A program made the position numbers and the translations under genes. Shown here in pieces: positions 18,195 through 28,156 of a DNA stretch of 43,828 nucleotides; the stretch's first letter is position 1; each line of letters opens with the position of its first letter. Source of the stretch: Candidatus Hodarchaeota archaeon (GTDB lineage: Archaea > Asgardarchaeota > Heimdallarchaeia > Hodarchaeales > Hodarchaeaceae); assembly GCA_016840035.1 (NCBI GenBank), contig JAEOTC010000194.1:1-43828 (forward strand), in the 5' to 3' direction. The notes under the pieces are model-generated. The model saw nothing but the letters and a program-made list of their open reading frames with translations. It had not been told where the DNA came from and searched no databases.

Positions 18195-19247
18195 TTGACA
18201 GAGAAACAGACAACTGGTTATTCAGAAGGGATTGTCGGAGTACGGGTGAAAAGATTCTTAGGCTTATCCGTAATGAACATGGCTAAGGAACTTTTAGAGA
18301 AAATTGAAAAATCTGAGAGAGAAAAGGCATTAGAGGCAATAATTCTTCCATTAGTGAGAGAAACTTTTTCTTTATCCGCAGGAGACAATCCAACGGCACA
18401 AGCCAAGTTATTTCTTGCTTCTTTAGGTTTTTCTCCATGTGAGATAGAATGGAAAGAGGATACACGAATTGGAACAATTCTTCTTGGGAAAGGAAGAATC
18501 TGGAGATCAGCCTCTGAAAAGGAAGAAAAATTAGTGAGGAGTCTTTTACTAATCGTTGTGAAAGGTTTAGGTTTTGCTTTCATGGGAACAAGTGTAAAAG
18601 CATCGTTTATAACTTCTGAAACCTTATCGCCTCGCTTCACATACGAAATTCAATTTCGTGCTACAGAAGATGTATTTGCGGAAGTAATAGGTACGGAGGA
18701 AGAAATTCCAGGTGTTTCACTATCTATTAGCGTTTTATTGGAGCCAATTTTAGGTACTGGTATTCGTACTCAAGATGCTGCTAGATTTCTAATTGAAGCA
18801 ACTAAGATCGTAGTTAGTGAGAATTTACCTTCTTTATTGGAACGTAAAGATATTATTGATAAACCGCTGAAAATACTAGAGCTTTTCTATATCAATATCG
18901 ATGATTCTGAAAAACTCAGTAGGTTAGCACACCAGATTGGAGAAATAATGATTAGAAATATTCGTTTAGAATTCCCAAATTTAAAGAACCATCAGTTATT
19001 GAAAGGTATTGGACTACTACCAATTGAGGAAATTGATGAACTACTATTCTACGGGTCTGTCGAAATTTGTGGAACAGGGGAGAGGGGATCAAATTTGCCT
19101 TTCTGTAAATTCTTGGGTCAAATGTGGAGTGGTTATGCTTCTGAAGTTCTTGGAAAACGTTTTCAAATGGATGAAGATCCACTCTGTGCAGGAGGGACAG
19201 GTACAAAGTGCATCTTTACCTTATCTGAAGTTTCAGAGTCTATTTGA
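18195..19247 (+). CDS. Tandem V4R/NO-binding/Bet3-fold-like protein
   Basis: C-terminal V4R signature C...PFCKFLGQMWSGYASEVLG...LCAGGTGTKCIFTL. The N-terminal half shows a similar, Cys-poor topology (LASLGF...KGLGFAFMG...YEIQF). Confidence 0.65.
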   Translation: MTEKQTTGYSEGIVGVRVKRFLGLSVMNMAKELLEKIEKSEREKALEAIILPLVRETFSLSAGDNPTAQAKLFLASLGFSPCEIEWKEDTRIGTILLGKGRIWRSASEKEEKLVRSLLLIVVKGLGFAFMGTSVKASFITSETLSPRFTYEIQFRATEDVFAEVIGTEEEIPGVSLSISVLLEPILGTGIRTQDAARFLIEATKIVVSENLPSLLERKDIIDKPLKILELFYINIDDSEKLSRLAHQIGEIMIRNIRLEFPNLKNHQLLKGIGLLPIEEIDELLFYGSVEICGTGERGSNLPFCKFLGQMWSGYASEVLGKRFQMDEDPLCAGGTGTKCIFTLSEVSESI

Positions 19248-19416
19248 GGAAAAGGATCATTGAGCGAATCATAAAGCGATTTGTTATAGCTCGTTTCTAT
19301 AGCTTTAAAAAGGCAGGAATGATAATATTTAGAAAATCTTATCAAAAGTCAATCTTCGTTGTTTAAATTCCTAATAATAGATGTAAATTAGGTATTCCTT
19401 GGAATGAGTGATTCTC

Positions 19417-19752
19417 ATGGTAAATTTTTGTGAAAAATGTGGCTCTTTACTTCAACCAACAAGAAATGAGGATGGTTCCATCTCTCTTTTTTGCAAAGTG
19501 TGTAAAGAGGAATCCAAAGAACAATTCAAGAGTAAATCATATCAGATCAAGTCAAAAATTGATCATACAGAAAAAGATCGACTCACGGTTATTGAAGATG
19601 AGTTTGATGTCCGACCTATTTCTCGGGTGATTTGTCCAAAATGTGATCACACTGAAGCTCGTTATTGGGAAGCAGAAGATAGACGAAAAGAGGAGTGGGA
19701 AACAACCACATATTATCAATGTGTCAAGTGTAATTGGGTTTGGTCCGAATAG
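19417..19752 (+). CDS. Transcription factor S / RpoM-like double Zn-ribbon protein (non-canonical)
   Basis: FCEKCGSLL...CKVC and CPKC...YYQCVKCNWVWSE. The QTRxxDE motif is replaced by EDRRKEE. Confidence 0.85.
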   Translation: MVNFCEKCGSLLQPTRNEDGSISLFCKVCKEESKEQFKSKSYQIKSKIDHTEKDRLTVIEDEFDVRPISRVICPKCDHTEARYWEAEDRRKEEWETTTYYQCVKCNWVWSE

Positions 19753-19771
19753 ATCAAATGAACTAGAGCGA

Positions 19772-20281
19772 TTATTCAGAAATCGTAAATTCCCATCCAC
19801 AATGAAAATCTCTTTCTAGTTCATCTGGTGGACAAGCAATAACTTCTGTTTTAATACGTGGATCAATTGTGGATGCAAAACCAGAATACTCTACTATTCC
19901 TACTTCTTTACAGGGAAAATGAGGCAAATTTTTCCACTCTCTAGCAGATTGTACCCTGCACGTCATCATTTTAAATATTAGTTTTGAGGGAGAGACTTTT
20001 TCGATTTCCTGTGTATTGATTGTGGCATATAAACGCAAAGAAAGTGCTTTTTCTAGTCCCTCTAATCCAGATCCATGTGGAATATCGAATTCTTTCATTA
20101 TCCGCTTAGCTTCCACAACAGTGAATTTTCTCCACCCTTCTTTGTCAATCTGAATAGCTTCCTCCAATCCATGCCTATTTTCTGAAGCTAGAAACCAGCA
20201 TCCATCATGCGCTAACCAATTTTTTGCATACATTCTGATAATTTTGATTAATTCCTCTTTAGACAATGTTGTAAGATCCAA
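19772..20281 (-). CDS. DUF6125-like protein (V4R-related fold, four conserved Cys)
   Basis: KNWLAHDGCWF, TCRVQSAR, FPCKEVG, IDPRIK...ACPPD...CGWEF. Confidence 0.7.
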   Translation of the reverse strand: MDLTTLSKEELIKIIRMYAKNWLAHDGCWFLASENRHGLEEAIQIDKEGWRKFTVVEAKRIMKEFDIPHGSGLEGLEKALSLRLYATINTQEIEKVSPSKLIFKMMTCRVQSAREWKNLPHFPCKEVGIVEYSGFASTIDPRIKTEVIACPPDELERDFHCGWEFTISE

Positions 20282-20291
20282 AATTCAGACC

Positions 20292-20990
20292 TCATTCATT
20301 TTTAATCGGATATTTTTCTGATAGTAACTCTATGATTTTTAATTCTAAATCTTCTATTGAAAAGCCCTCGTTCCTCAGTGTTAAATCAAAATATTTCTTA
20401 TCTCGAAAAGAAATCTTATAGATTCTTTCAAGACGCTCACCATCCGTCTGATCACGTGACTGGATCCTTTTTATTAATTCATCCTTGTTCATTCGATATT
20501 CAGACCTTGTAGGATCACTAGAAATTCTCTCTGCAATTACTTGTGCAGCTACTTCCAGCCATATTGTCGTACCATGAGCTCCAATGGTAAATGGTGCCAT
20601 TCTTCCAACAAATATACCACCCTCTAAAATAGCAGTTTTCAACTGGTGTTTTTCTATCTCCAAGTCAACTTTTTCCGCGAATTCATCATCTTGTGTGTTT
20701 TTAATATGAGCCATGAATTCATCCATGTTCTTTTCATCCCACCCCGATTCAACGGCAATCTTCCTAACAAACTCGCCAGCATGAATTAAATCGAGAGAGA
20801 GATTATGGTTATTTTCAAAATACTGTTGTACAATGATTGCTACAGTGTCTTTTCCAGTTCCTGAAAATCCCCCAATAGCAATAATTGGATTAGTATTCTT
20901 CTCAATATCAATTGAAAACTGAGTTAGGAGTATTTTTTCAAACTCCTTCAGTCGTGGGATGAACGTGCCCATGATTTGAGCATCGTCCAT
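20292..20990 (-). CDS. Cytidylate kinase-like P-loop NMP kinase
   Basis: IAIGGFSGTGKDT, AGEFVRKIA, GR, RDQTD...RLERIYKI, FDLTL. Confidence 0.75.
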   Translation of the reverse strand: MDDAQIMGTFIPRLKEFEKILLTQFSIDIEKNTNPIIAIGGFSGTGKDTVAIIVQQYFENNHNLSLDLIHAGEFVRKIAVESGWDEKNMDEFMAHIKNTQDDEFAEKVDLEIEKHQLKTAILEGGIFVGRMAPFTIGAHGTTIWLEVAAQVIAERISSDPTRSEYRMNKDELIKRIQSRDQTDGERLERIYKISFRDKKYFDLTLRNEGFSIEDLELKIIELLSEKYPIKNE

Positions 20991-21766
20991 TAACTAAAAT
21001 TTGGCTTACGCTTATTCAGAAAGGCATCTACCCCTTCTTTGACATCTTCGTGTGAAAAACATAAAGCAAACAATTCAGCTTCCATTCTAATTGCATCCAG
21101 AAGGGAAATCTCTGGTCCTCTATTAATTGCTTCTTTAGCCATATTTAATGCAAATGAGGGCCCTTTAGCAAGGCGTGAGGCTATCTTTAAGGTTTCTTCT
21201 TCCAGCTCTTCGGGAGAAGCGACCCAATTTATCAATCCATATGATTTTGCTGATTCAGCATCAACATTGTTTCCAAAAAATATCATTTCTTTTGCCCTAC
21301 CAGCCCCTACTAAACGGGTTAGGCGTTGAGTCCCTCCTGCACCTGGAATTAACCCTAATTTAATTTCTGGTTGTCCAACTATTGCTTTTTCACTCGCAAT
21401 CCGTAAATCACAAGCCATAGCTAATTCAAGTCCTCCTCCAAGGCAGAATCCATTAATTGAAGCAATAACTGGAATAGTTAGGTCTTCAAGTTTGTTTAGA
21501 GTATCTTGGAGCTTTAAGATAATCGTTCTTATAGAAGCCGGAGATTTTCCTTCAAACATTGTAATATCGGCCCCTGCAATGAAAGACTTATTACCAACTC
21601 CCGTTATTACCACGACTTTTATATCTTCAGACTTAGAAATACTTTCAATACAATCATACAATTCATCAATGGTTTTTTCGTTTAAAGCATTTAGAGATTT
21701 CTCACGATTGATTTTTATGGTAGTTATCCGATTCTCTGTCGTAACAATTATGTTAGAATAGCTCAT
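20990..21766 (-). CDS. Enoyl-CoA hydratase (crotonase)
   Basis: LNAL, FIAGADI, GFCLGGGLELAMACDLR, GQPEIKLGLIPGAGGTQRL. Confidence 0.95.
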   Translation of the reverse strand: MSYSNIIVTTENRITTIKINREKSLNALNEKTIDELYDCIESISKSEDIKVVVITGVGNKSFIAGADITMFEGKSPASIRTIILKLQDTLNKLEDLTIPVIASINGFCLGGGLELAMACDLRIASEKAIVGQPEIKLGLIPGAGGTQRLTRLVGAGRAKEMIFFGNNVDAESAKSYGLINWVASPEELEEETLKIASRLAKGPSFALNMAKEAINRGPEISLLDAIRMEAELFALCFSHEDVKEGVDAFLNKRKPNFS

Positions 21767-21900
21767 ATTTCATTAACACCCTACTAAAATTATATGAGAG
21801 CCTCTTGTTAAGGAATTCAAAAACTTAGTTCCATCACAATAAATTATATAAGGAATCATTTAGCATTTTTAAGCCGTTTAGAATTATATGAGGATTTAGA

Positions 21901-23328
21901 GTGAAAGATTTTGATCCTTTTGCAGAATTTTTATTGGAACGCTTAAAATCTGCTTCAGTGACCGAACAAGAAGCTTTAGCAATCGCTCTTGGGTTTGAAC
22001 CCAATATTAACGCGAAAATCCGCTTTAAATTTCTCGAAAGAGCTATTAAAAGCCAAAACGTTAGTGTTAGACGATCAGGAATAATTGGATTGGCTTTTTC
22101 ATCCATTTTAAAGAAGGGAAAAAAACCAAAGCATCAGCAGAAAATATTAAAGAAGCATTTCAAGGATCCGCTTTCTTCTATTAGAACAACATCAGCAATA
22201 GGGCAAGGTATTAATGCGTATTTCACACAAAATAGTAAGATTAAAAGGAAGGTCAATAAAGAAATAAAGAAAAAGATAAAAAAACAATCTGAACCAGTAA
22301 AACAAGGTTTAACTGTTAGTATGGGACTTCTCGGAGAGAAGCAAAAGGATACTAAGAAAGATTTCAAGTATTTAATGGATCATTGTTCTGTGTTTAGACT
22401 TGAAAATCCTACTCTTTTCTTTATAGGTTTTGCTTTGAATGCGATGAAAGCAGGAGAGTCAGAACTTGCAGCTGAATTCATTCTTGAATCACTCATCCCT
22501 CCTTTAACCAGTAAGGAAAGTCGTCGGATTGCGATTATTTGCTATGCATTCCTTCTCCCCCTTATCGCTGATCCTATTGTTCGCTTAGAAAAGCTTCAAG
22601 GGCTAATTCACCGTAAGGTTGAATTTCAATCAAAGTTTGGAAGCGATTTGGCAATTATATTTACATTTTTTTCATTGTACAAAGATGAACAATTGAAAAA
22701 ACAATTCTTACTACTATTAGAACAAATTAAAGATAGTGATCCAGATTATGTGCAGATTCATCAGATTTTATCAAAAAATAAGGACATAATTGAGATTTTA
22801 TTGGAACTAATTCAAAGCAATACGATGGATATAAAGGCTACAGGAATAAATGCAAGTTTTTTCTTGGAAACATCCAGAGAAGAGATAAATTTTGAACCAT
22901 TCATTGAAGAAGGATTCACTCAACGTGATTCAGGATACTTCGGGAGATTTCTAATCCTATTAAGATCCTTTTCTTTCTGTCTACTTGAAAAAAAATACTC
23001 CTATGCAATATACTTCGAGCCATTTATTCATTCCAGTGATCAACAGGTAAAACGGATTGCAAGTCTTGCTTTTTCATCTCTTTATCAGATGAATCCAGAG
23101 AATGAGGGAAACCTCGATCTTATAGAACGATTAAGAACAGAACAAGATGAAAATGTAAGATGGGGATTAATGATTGGTGCATCTTTATCCCAACTGATTG
23201 GGAAATCGGCGTTAGATGACGAACTAATATTGGGAGCATTGTTGCTATGTTTAGGATTTACTGAAGCAGGTATGTCATTAATACTGTCCCAAGTGATGGT
23301 TCCAATCTTTTATCAGGATAGAGAATAA
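21901..23328 (+). CDS. Alpha-solenoid protein with HEAT/PC-like repeats
   Basis: Repeats VRRSGIIGLAF, IRTTSAIGQG, VKQGLTVSMGL, RRIAIICYAF, VKRIASLAFS and VRWGLMIGAS. Confidence 0.65.
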   Translation: MKDFDPFAEFLLERLKSASVTEQEALAIALGFEPNINAKIRFKFLERAIKSQNVSVRRSGIIGLAFSSILKKGKKPKHQQKILKKHFKDPLSSIRTTSAIGQGINAYFTQNSKIKRKVNKEIKKKIKKQSEPVKQGLTVSMGLLGEKQKDTKKDFKYLMDHCSVFRLENPTLFFIGFALNAMKAGESELAAEFILESLIPPLTSKESRRIAIICYAFLLPLIADPIVRLEKLQGLIHRKVEFQSKFGSDLAIIFTFFSLYKDEQLKKQFLLLLEQIKDSDPDYVQIHQILSKNKDIIEILLELIQSNTMDIKATGINASFFLETSREEINFEPFIEEGFTQRDSGYFGRFLILLRSFSFCLLEKKYSYAIYFEPFIHSSDQQVKRIASLAFSSLYQMNPENEGNLDLIERLRTEQDENVRWGLMIGASLSQLIGKSALDDELILGALLLCLGFTEAGMSLILSQVMVPIFYQDRE

Positions 23329-23330
23329 AG

Positions 23331-24794
23331 CTAGATTCTGTTTCTCCATCGAAAATGATTTACCATGTATCTAAAAACTTGAACCATTTTCGCTGGACTC
23401 GAAAATAATGGATAGTTTTGAGATTGAAGATATTTCACTCCTGGTGAATCTGCAGGGACTAATAATGTAGTAATTAGAATTGGTTTGCGAAATCTAGCAG
23501 ATAATGCTAAAATTTCTTTAAATAGCGCAACTTCTGCATGAATAATGAAATCTAAATTTGATTTATCATCTTCTGGGATTAAGGGGGACGATTTTGCTAA
23601 ATTAGCAAGGAAGGAAAATCCCCCAATCCCAAGTAGAAGGATTGCTTCAACCTGAGGCATTTCCTCAAAGACGATGAGCATTATCTCACGCAGAGAGTCT
23701 AAATTAAGAGATGCAACGGTATCAATAGGATTTCCCTTAGACCAATACGGAGGTAAGATATCATTGATCCGATTATATGCTTTTTCAGACAGGGGTTCAA
23801 GATTAATCCCATGACGAGAACATTCATCTGCAGCCATCACTCCCCAACCTCCACCTAATGTCAAGACTACTACTTTACCTCTAGGAAAAGACCAATCAAT
23901 CCAGTTGGAAAATGCTAAGAAAAGATCAAACATTTCCTCTAGAGAGTTTACAATAATACTCCCTGCATTTTGAAGAATATTTTTAAAGACTGTATCGTCT
24001 CCAGTGATCGCACCAGTATGAGAATGAGCTGCCTGTCTACCAGCTTTTGTTCCTCCCGCTTTGAGGATAATCACGGGTTTAATTTTCGATATTTCTTTAA
24101 CTAAGGAGACAAACCGTCTCGCATCTTGTATTCCTTCAACATAGAGACCAATTACTTTGGTTTTATCATCATATTTGCCAAAATACTCAAGATAATCTGC
24201 GATGGTCAGATCAGCCATATTTCCAGCCGAGACATAAGTATTCAATCCAATACCTCTACGGGCTGCAACAGATATTCCAATTGTTCCAATGTTTCCAGAC
24301 TGAGAAATAAATGCTAAACCTCCTTGTTTTAACTCTTTAACTGGCCACATTACAGCTGTGAGATTCACTCGTGTTGAAACTATTCCCATACCATTCGGAC
24401 CAATAATCCGAATTTCATTTTCCTGTGCATAAGTAACTACTTGTTGTTCCAATATTTCCCCTCCTTCCCCTGATTCTTTAAATCCACCTGATATTATTAC
24501 AACATGATGAATTTTCCGAATAACCATCTGCTCAAGGATTGATAGGACTTTGGCAGCGGGGATGATGATGATAACAAGATCAACTTTCACATCCTGAGGT
24601 ATTTCTAGAATCGTTGGATAGGCATCATATCCCAAAATTTTCTTACTTTTCGGATTTATAGGATAAAATGATCCGGAATATTTATTCTGGATGATATTAT
24701 GGGCAACAATGAACCCCCAAGAGGAAAGATTGTTGCTAGCACCAACAAGTGCAATAGAATCTGGATTAAAGAATGGATCAAGATCGAGGGGCAT
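23331..24794 (-). CDS. acdA: ADP-forming acyl-CoA synthetase (acetate-CoA ligase) alpha subunit
   Basis: ALVGAS, ISGGFKE, GPNGMG, SQSG, SAGNMAD, KAG, phospho-His SHTGA, NPID. Confidence 0.9.
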   Translation of the reverse strand: MPLDLDPFFNPDSIALVGASNNLSSWGFIVAHNIIQNKYSGSFYPINPKSKKILGYDAYPTILEIPQDVKVDLVIIIIPAAKVLSILEQMVIRKIHHVVIISGGFKESGEGGEILEQQVVTYAQENEIRIIGPNGMGIVSTRVNLTAVMWPVKELKQGGLAFISQSGNIGTIGISVAARRGIGLNTYVSAGNMADLTIADYLEYFGKYDDKTKVIGLYVEGIQDARRFVSLVKEISKIKPVIILKAGGTKAGRQAAHSHTGAITGDDTVFKNILQNAGSIIVNSLEEMFDLFLAFSNWIDWSFPRGKVVVLTLGGGWGVMAADECSRHGINLEPLSEKAYNRINDILPPYWSKGNPIDTVASLNLDSLREIMLIVFEEMPQVEAILLLGIGGFSFLANLAKSSPLIPEDDKSNLDFIIHAEVALFKEILALSARFRKPILITTLLVPADSPGVKYLQSQNYPLFSSPAKMVQVFRYMVNHFRWRNRI

Positions 24795-24970
24795 AAGAAT
24801 TCATCTCAGGATATCATTAAGGAATAAACAATAACTATCCCTAATAATCTGGACATTCATCATCCTCCAGTAATTTAGTAAATAATAATAAAGGTTCTGC
24901 GGATGAGTAATTGTAATGTATACATGAATTGGAGCTATCATCTCAGTCATCCAAAAACACAGTGAGGAAA

Positions 24971-25435
24971 ATGGAAATCGTACAAGAAGATGTAATTCTT
25001 TCTATCTGGGATAACCTCATTTTTCCAGCCAAGCAGCTCAAAAAGAATACTTTAGAGTTGACCATTAAATCGATTGACTCTTTCTATTCTCAAGGACATC
25101 TAGATTTTGGTGGAAGCGAGTTCAGAACAGCAATTTATGAGAGAGTTACTCCAATTATCGAAGATGATCCTAAATATGCATGGTGGAGTCTATCACCAGG
25201 CCAATATTTGGTAACTTACAACGAAATTTTGAATGATACAAATTACTATACACTTATTTATCCACACACTCGATTGATTCAGACTGGTAGCTCGCATCCA
25301 GCCATATATTGGTCGCCAACTTCGAAAAATCAAAAAATTGTCTCAATTTTGCAAGTTGGAGAAAAGGGAGTAAGACTCAAAGAAAATTCTCGGATTTCTG
25401 TTGCCCTCACTTATAGAATTGTTAGAAAAGATTGA
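24971..25435 (+). CDS. dUTPase/dCTP deaminase-fold protein
   Basis: LELTI, LDFGGSE, WWSLSPGQYLVTYNE, NSRIS. ATG 24971 is preceded by GAGGA. Confidence 0.7.
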   Translation: MEIVQEDVILSIWDNLIFPAKQLKKNTLELTIKSIDSFYSQGHLDFGGSEFRTAIYERVTPIIEDDPKYAWWSLSPGQYLVTYNEILNDTNYYTLIYPHTRLIQTGSSHPAIYWSPTSKNQKIVSILQVGEKGVRLKENSRISVALTYRIVRKD

Positions 25436-25619
25436 TCCCAATAATCTGTAAAAGATTATGATAATCTTTCATTCAACTTAATTCTAATTAATTTATTGTT
25501 CTTGAGTCATTCAGGGCCATAAAATATAAAGTATAACCAATTTCCGCACAAATCACACCATCATATTACAACAGTAATTCGAATCTTATACCCTTAAAGA
25601 TTTTCGAGTTGACATAATT

Positions 25620-27527
25620 TTGGCTAAGTTAAAAGATATTTTCCAAGATGTTGGTGAGGAAGAAGAGAAGAATCTCGTTTTACTAGGTAATGAGGCTATT
25701 GCACGAGGAATTGTAGAGTTAGGTGTTTCAGGAGTGTTTACTTATCCCGGTACACCATCTTCTGAGATTCCTACTACGTTATTTCAAGCAAAGGACCTTT
25801 TAAAACAAAACGGCTATGATCTTCACCTTGAATGGAGTACTAATGAGGCTGTTGCCCTTGAAAGTGCATATGGATATTCATTCAGTGGTTTACGCACAAT
25901 TTTTGTTTGTAAACACGTTGGGTTAAATGTAGCAGCCGATGCATTCTTAACTTTAGTGAACGCAGGAGTTGTAGGGGGATTAGTGATGATAGTCGCAGAA
26001 GATCCGGAAATGCATAGCAGTCAAAACGAACAGGATAATAGATGGTACACAAAATTAGCTAATGTTCCAATATTTGAACCTAGTGATGCCAAAGAAGCTA
26101 AAGACATGCTTAAATCAGCTTTTGAGTTAAGTGAGAAGTTCGAAACTCCAGTAATTCTGAGAACTGTGACTAGAATCTCTCATTCTCGAGCCGATGTTCC
26201 CATTTATCCGATTATTATCCCAAAAGAACTTAAAGAAACTAAAATCACAATCGATCCTTCTAGATTTGTATGTGTACCAGGAAATGCACGGAAAAATAAA
26301 ATTCGAATTCTCAAACGTATTGAACATATTTCGGATTATATAGCCAAGAGTAAATGGAACTTAATTGAAGATGGAAAAAAGGGGGATTATGCAATTATAA
26401 CATGCGGTTCTGCTTATGCATATACGCGCGAAGTCTTAGACCATTTAAAATACGAATTTCCCTTATTAAAAATTGGTATATCTCATCCATTCCCTAAAAA
26501 GGTCGTAAGTGAATTTATTAAGTCCAACCCCTCAAGTACAATTATTGTAATCGAAGAAGCTGACTCTGTTCTAGAAACCTTTGTTAAAAAATTATCATTT
26601 GAAGTAAAATTTTCTGGAAAGGTAATTGGTCGAGAGGAAGGAGTCACTCCCACCCATGGAGAGCTTACTACAAGGAAAATCTTACTTGGTTTAGCAAAAG
26701 TATTGGAAAAGAAGGTTGTGATTCCAGAAATACCTTCATCTGAAGAAGATATACTATTTTCACGCCCTCCAGTCCTCTGTCCAGGTTGTCCTCATCGGGC
26801 AACATTTTACGCCTTGAATAAGGCTATCCCAAAACGTCATCGAATTGTTAGTACTGATATCGGATGCTATACTTTAGGAGCGGCTCCTCCCTTAAATGCT
26901 GGTCACTTAGTGATTTGTATGGGTTCTTCCATTGGCATCGGTTCAGGTCTCTCTCAGATTCCAAACTTAAAGGATCCTGTTGTAGCTATTATAGGAGATT
27001 CCACTTTTTGGCATACAGGACTTCCTGGATTAGTTAACGCTGTATACAATAATAGTAAGTTACTCCTTCTTGTTGTTGATAACTCTGCGACTGCGATGAC
27101 TGGATTTCAACCCAATCCAGGAGAAGTGCTATCAATAGCAGATGCAGCAAAAGGGGTAGGAGTAAACCATGTTGTGGAGGTTGATGCATTTAGCCCTAAA
27201 CATACTCTCGAAGTTATTAAAGATACTCTGAAAAATGAGGGAGTGTCTGTAGTTGTTTCTAAAGGTGAATGTAGGATACAATATGTCCGACGTGAAGGTT
27301 TACCAGATACTACTTTTATGGTGGAGTCTACACGATGTGTAGGATGTCACACTTGTATCAATCGAATTGCTTGTCCAGCAATTATGTGGTCTAATCAGAA
27401 AAATGAAAAAGGGAAAACAATTCCAGTTATAGATCAGTTTCTCTGTGCAAGATGTGGTCTATGTTCTCATGTGTGTCCCTATGGAGTAATTGTTCCCAAG
27501 AACGTTAATTCTGGAGCTGATGAGTAA
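25620..27527 (+). CDS. iorA: Indolepyruvate:ferredoxin oxidoreductase alpha subunit
   Basis: LGNEAIARG, YPGTPSSEI, KHVGLNVAAD, SSQNEQD, RPPVLCPGCPHR, DIGCY, GDSTFWH and two C-terminal 4Fe-4S motifs. Confidence 0.96.
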   Translation: MAKLKDIFQDVGEEEEKNLVLLGNEAIARGIVELGVSGVFTYPGTPSSEIPTTLFQAKDLLKQNGYDLHLEWSTNEAVALESAYGYSFSGLRTIFVCKHVGLNVAADAFLTLVNAGVVGGLVMIVAEDPEMHSSQNEQDNRWYTKLANVPIFEPSDAKEAKDMLKSAFELSEKFETPVILRTVTRISHSRADVPIYPIIIPKELKETKITIDPSRFVCVPGNARKNKIRILKRIEHISDYIAKSKWNLIEDGKKGDYAIITCGSAYAYTREVLDHLKYEFPLLKIGISHPFPKKVVSEFIKSNPSSTIIVIEEADSVLETFVKKLSFEVKFSGKVIGREEGVTPTHGELTTRKILLGLAKVLEKKVVIPEIPSSEEDILFSRPPVLCPGCPHRATFYALNKAIPKRHRIVSTDIGCYTLGAAPPLNAGHLVICMGSSIGIGSGLSQIPNLKDPVVAIIGDSTFWHTGLPGLVNAVYNNSKLLLLVVDNSATAMTGFQPNPGEVLSIADAAKGVGVNHVVEVDAFSPKHTLEVIKDTLKNEGVSVVVSKGECRIQYVRREGLPDTTFMVESTRCVGCHTCINRIACPAIMWSNQKNEKGKTIPVIDQFLCARCGLCSHVCPYGVIVPKNVNSGADE

Positions 27528-28125
27528 AATGGAATACAATATCTTTTTATCTGGAGTAGGAGGCCAGGGAATTCTTTCTGTTACGGATATTCTGTGTAAT
27601 GCAGCTGTTGAAATGGGTTTTAAGGTTCGTGGATCTGAAACCCACGGTATGTCACAAAGAGGGGGAAGTGTTTTTTCAAATGTACGGTTTGGAGATGTCC
27701 ATTCACCCTTGATCACTGAACGGACCGCTAACATTCTCCTAGCTTTTGAACCTGCTGAAGCCTTGCGTTATGCACAATTTGTCAAATCTGATGGATACAG
27801 CTTAGTAAATACGCATCCTATTCCTAGTCCCAGTTTTATATTATCTAAGAATACTTACCCAGAGATAAATGCTATTCTTACAAAGTTAAAAATCTATTGT
27901 GAGCGAATATTTACGCTAGATGCCACACAATTAGCTACCGATCTTGGAAAACCAATAATACAGAATATAATCATGCTAGGATCCTTATCAGCTGTTCCTG
28001 GCCTTCCTATTACAAACTCTTCGTTGAAAGAAGCATTGAAGCTTCAATTTAAGACTCAATTTTATGATGTAAACTTGCAGGCATACGAACTAGGAAGAAA
28101 ACGTTTTGAAGACTTTTTCAGCTAA
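27520..28125 (+). CDS. iorB: Indolepyruvate:ferredoxin oxidoreductase beta subunit
   Basis: GVGGQGI, SETHGMSQRGGSV, EALR, NIIMLG. Overlaps the iorA stop. Confidence 0.95.
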   Translation: MSKMEYNIFLSGVGGQGILSVTDILCNAAVEMGFKVRGSETHGMSQRGGSVFSNVRFGDVHSPLITERTANILLAFEPAEALRYAQFVKSDGYSLVNTHPIPSPSFILSKNTYPEINAILTKLKIYCERIFTLDATQLATDLGKPIIQNIIMLGSLSAVPGLPITNSSLKEALKLQFKTQFYDVNLQAYELGRKRFEDFFS

Positions 28126-28156
28126 TCTTAAATAATCGTACCCTGAATCTTTCCAC

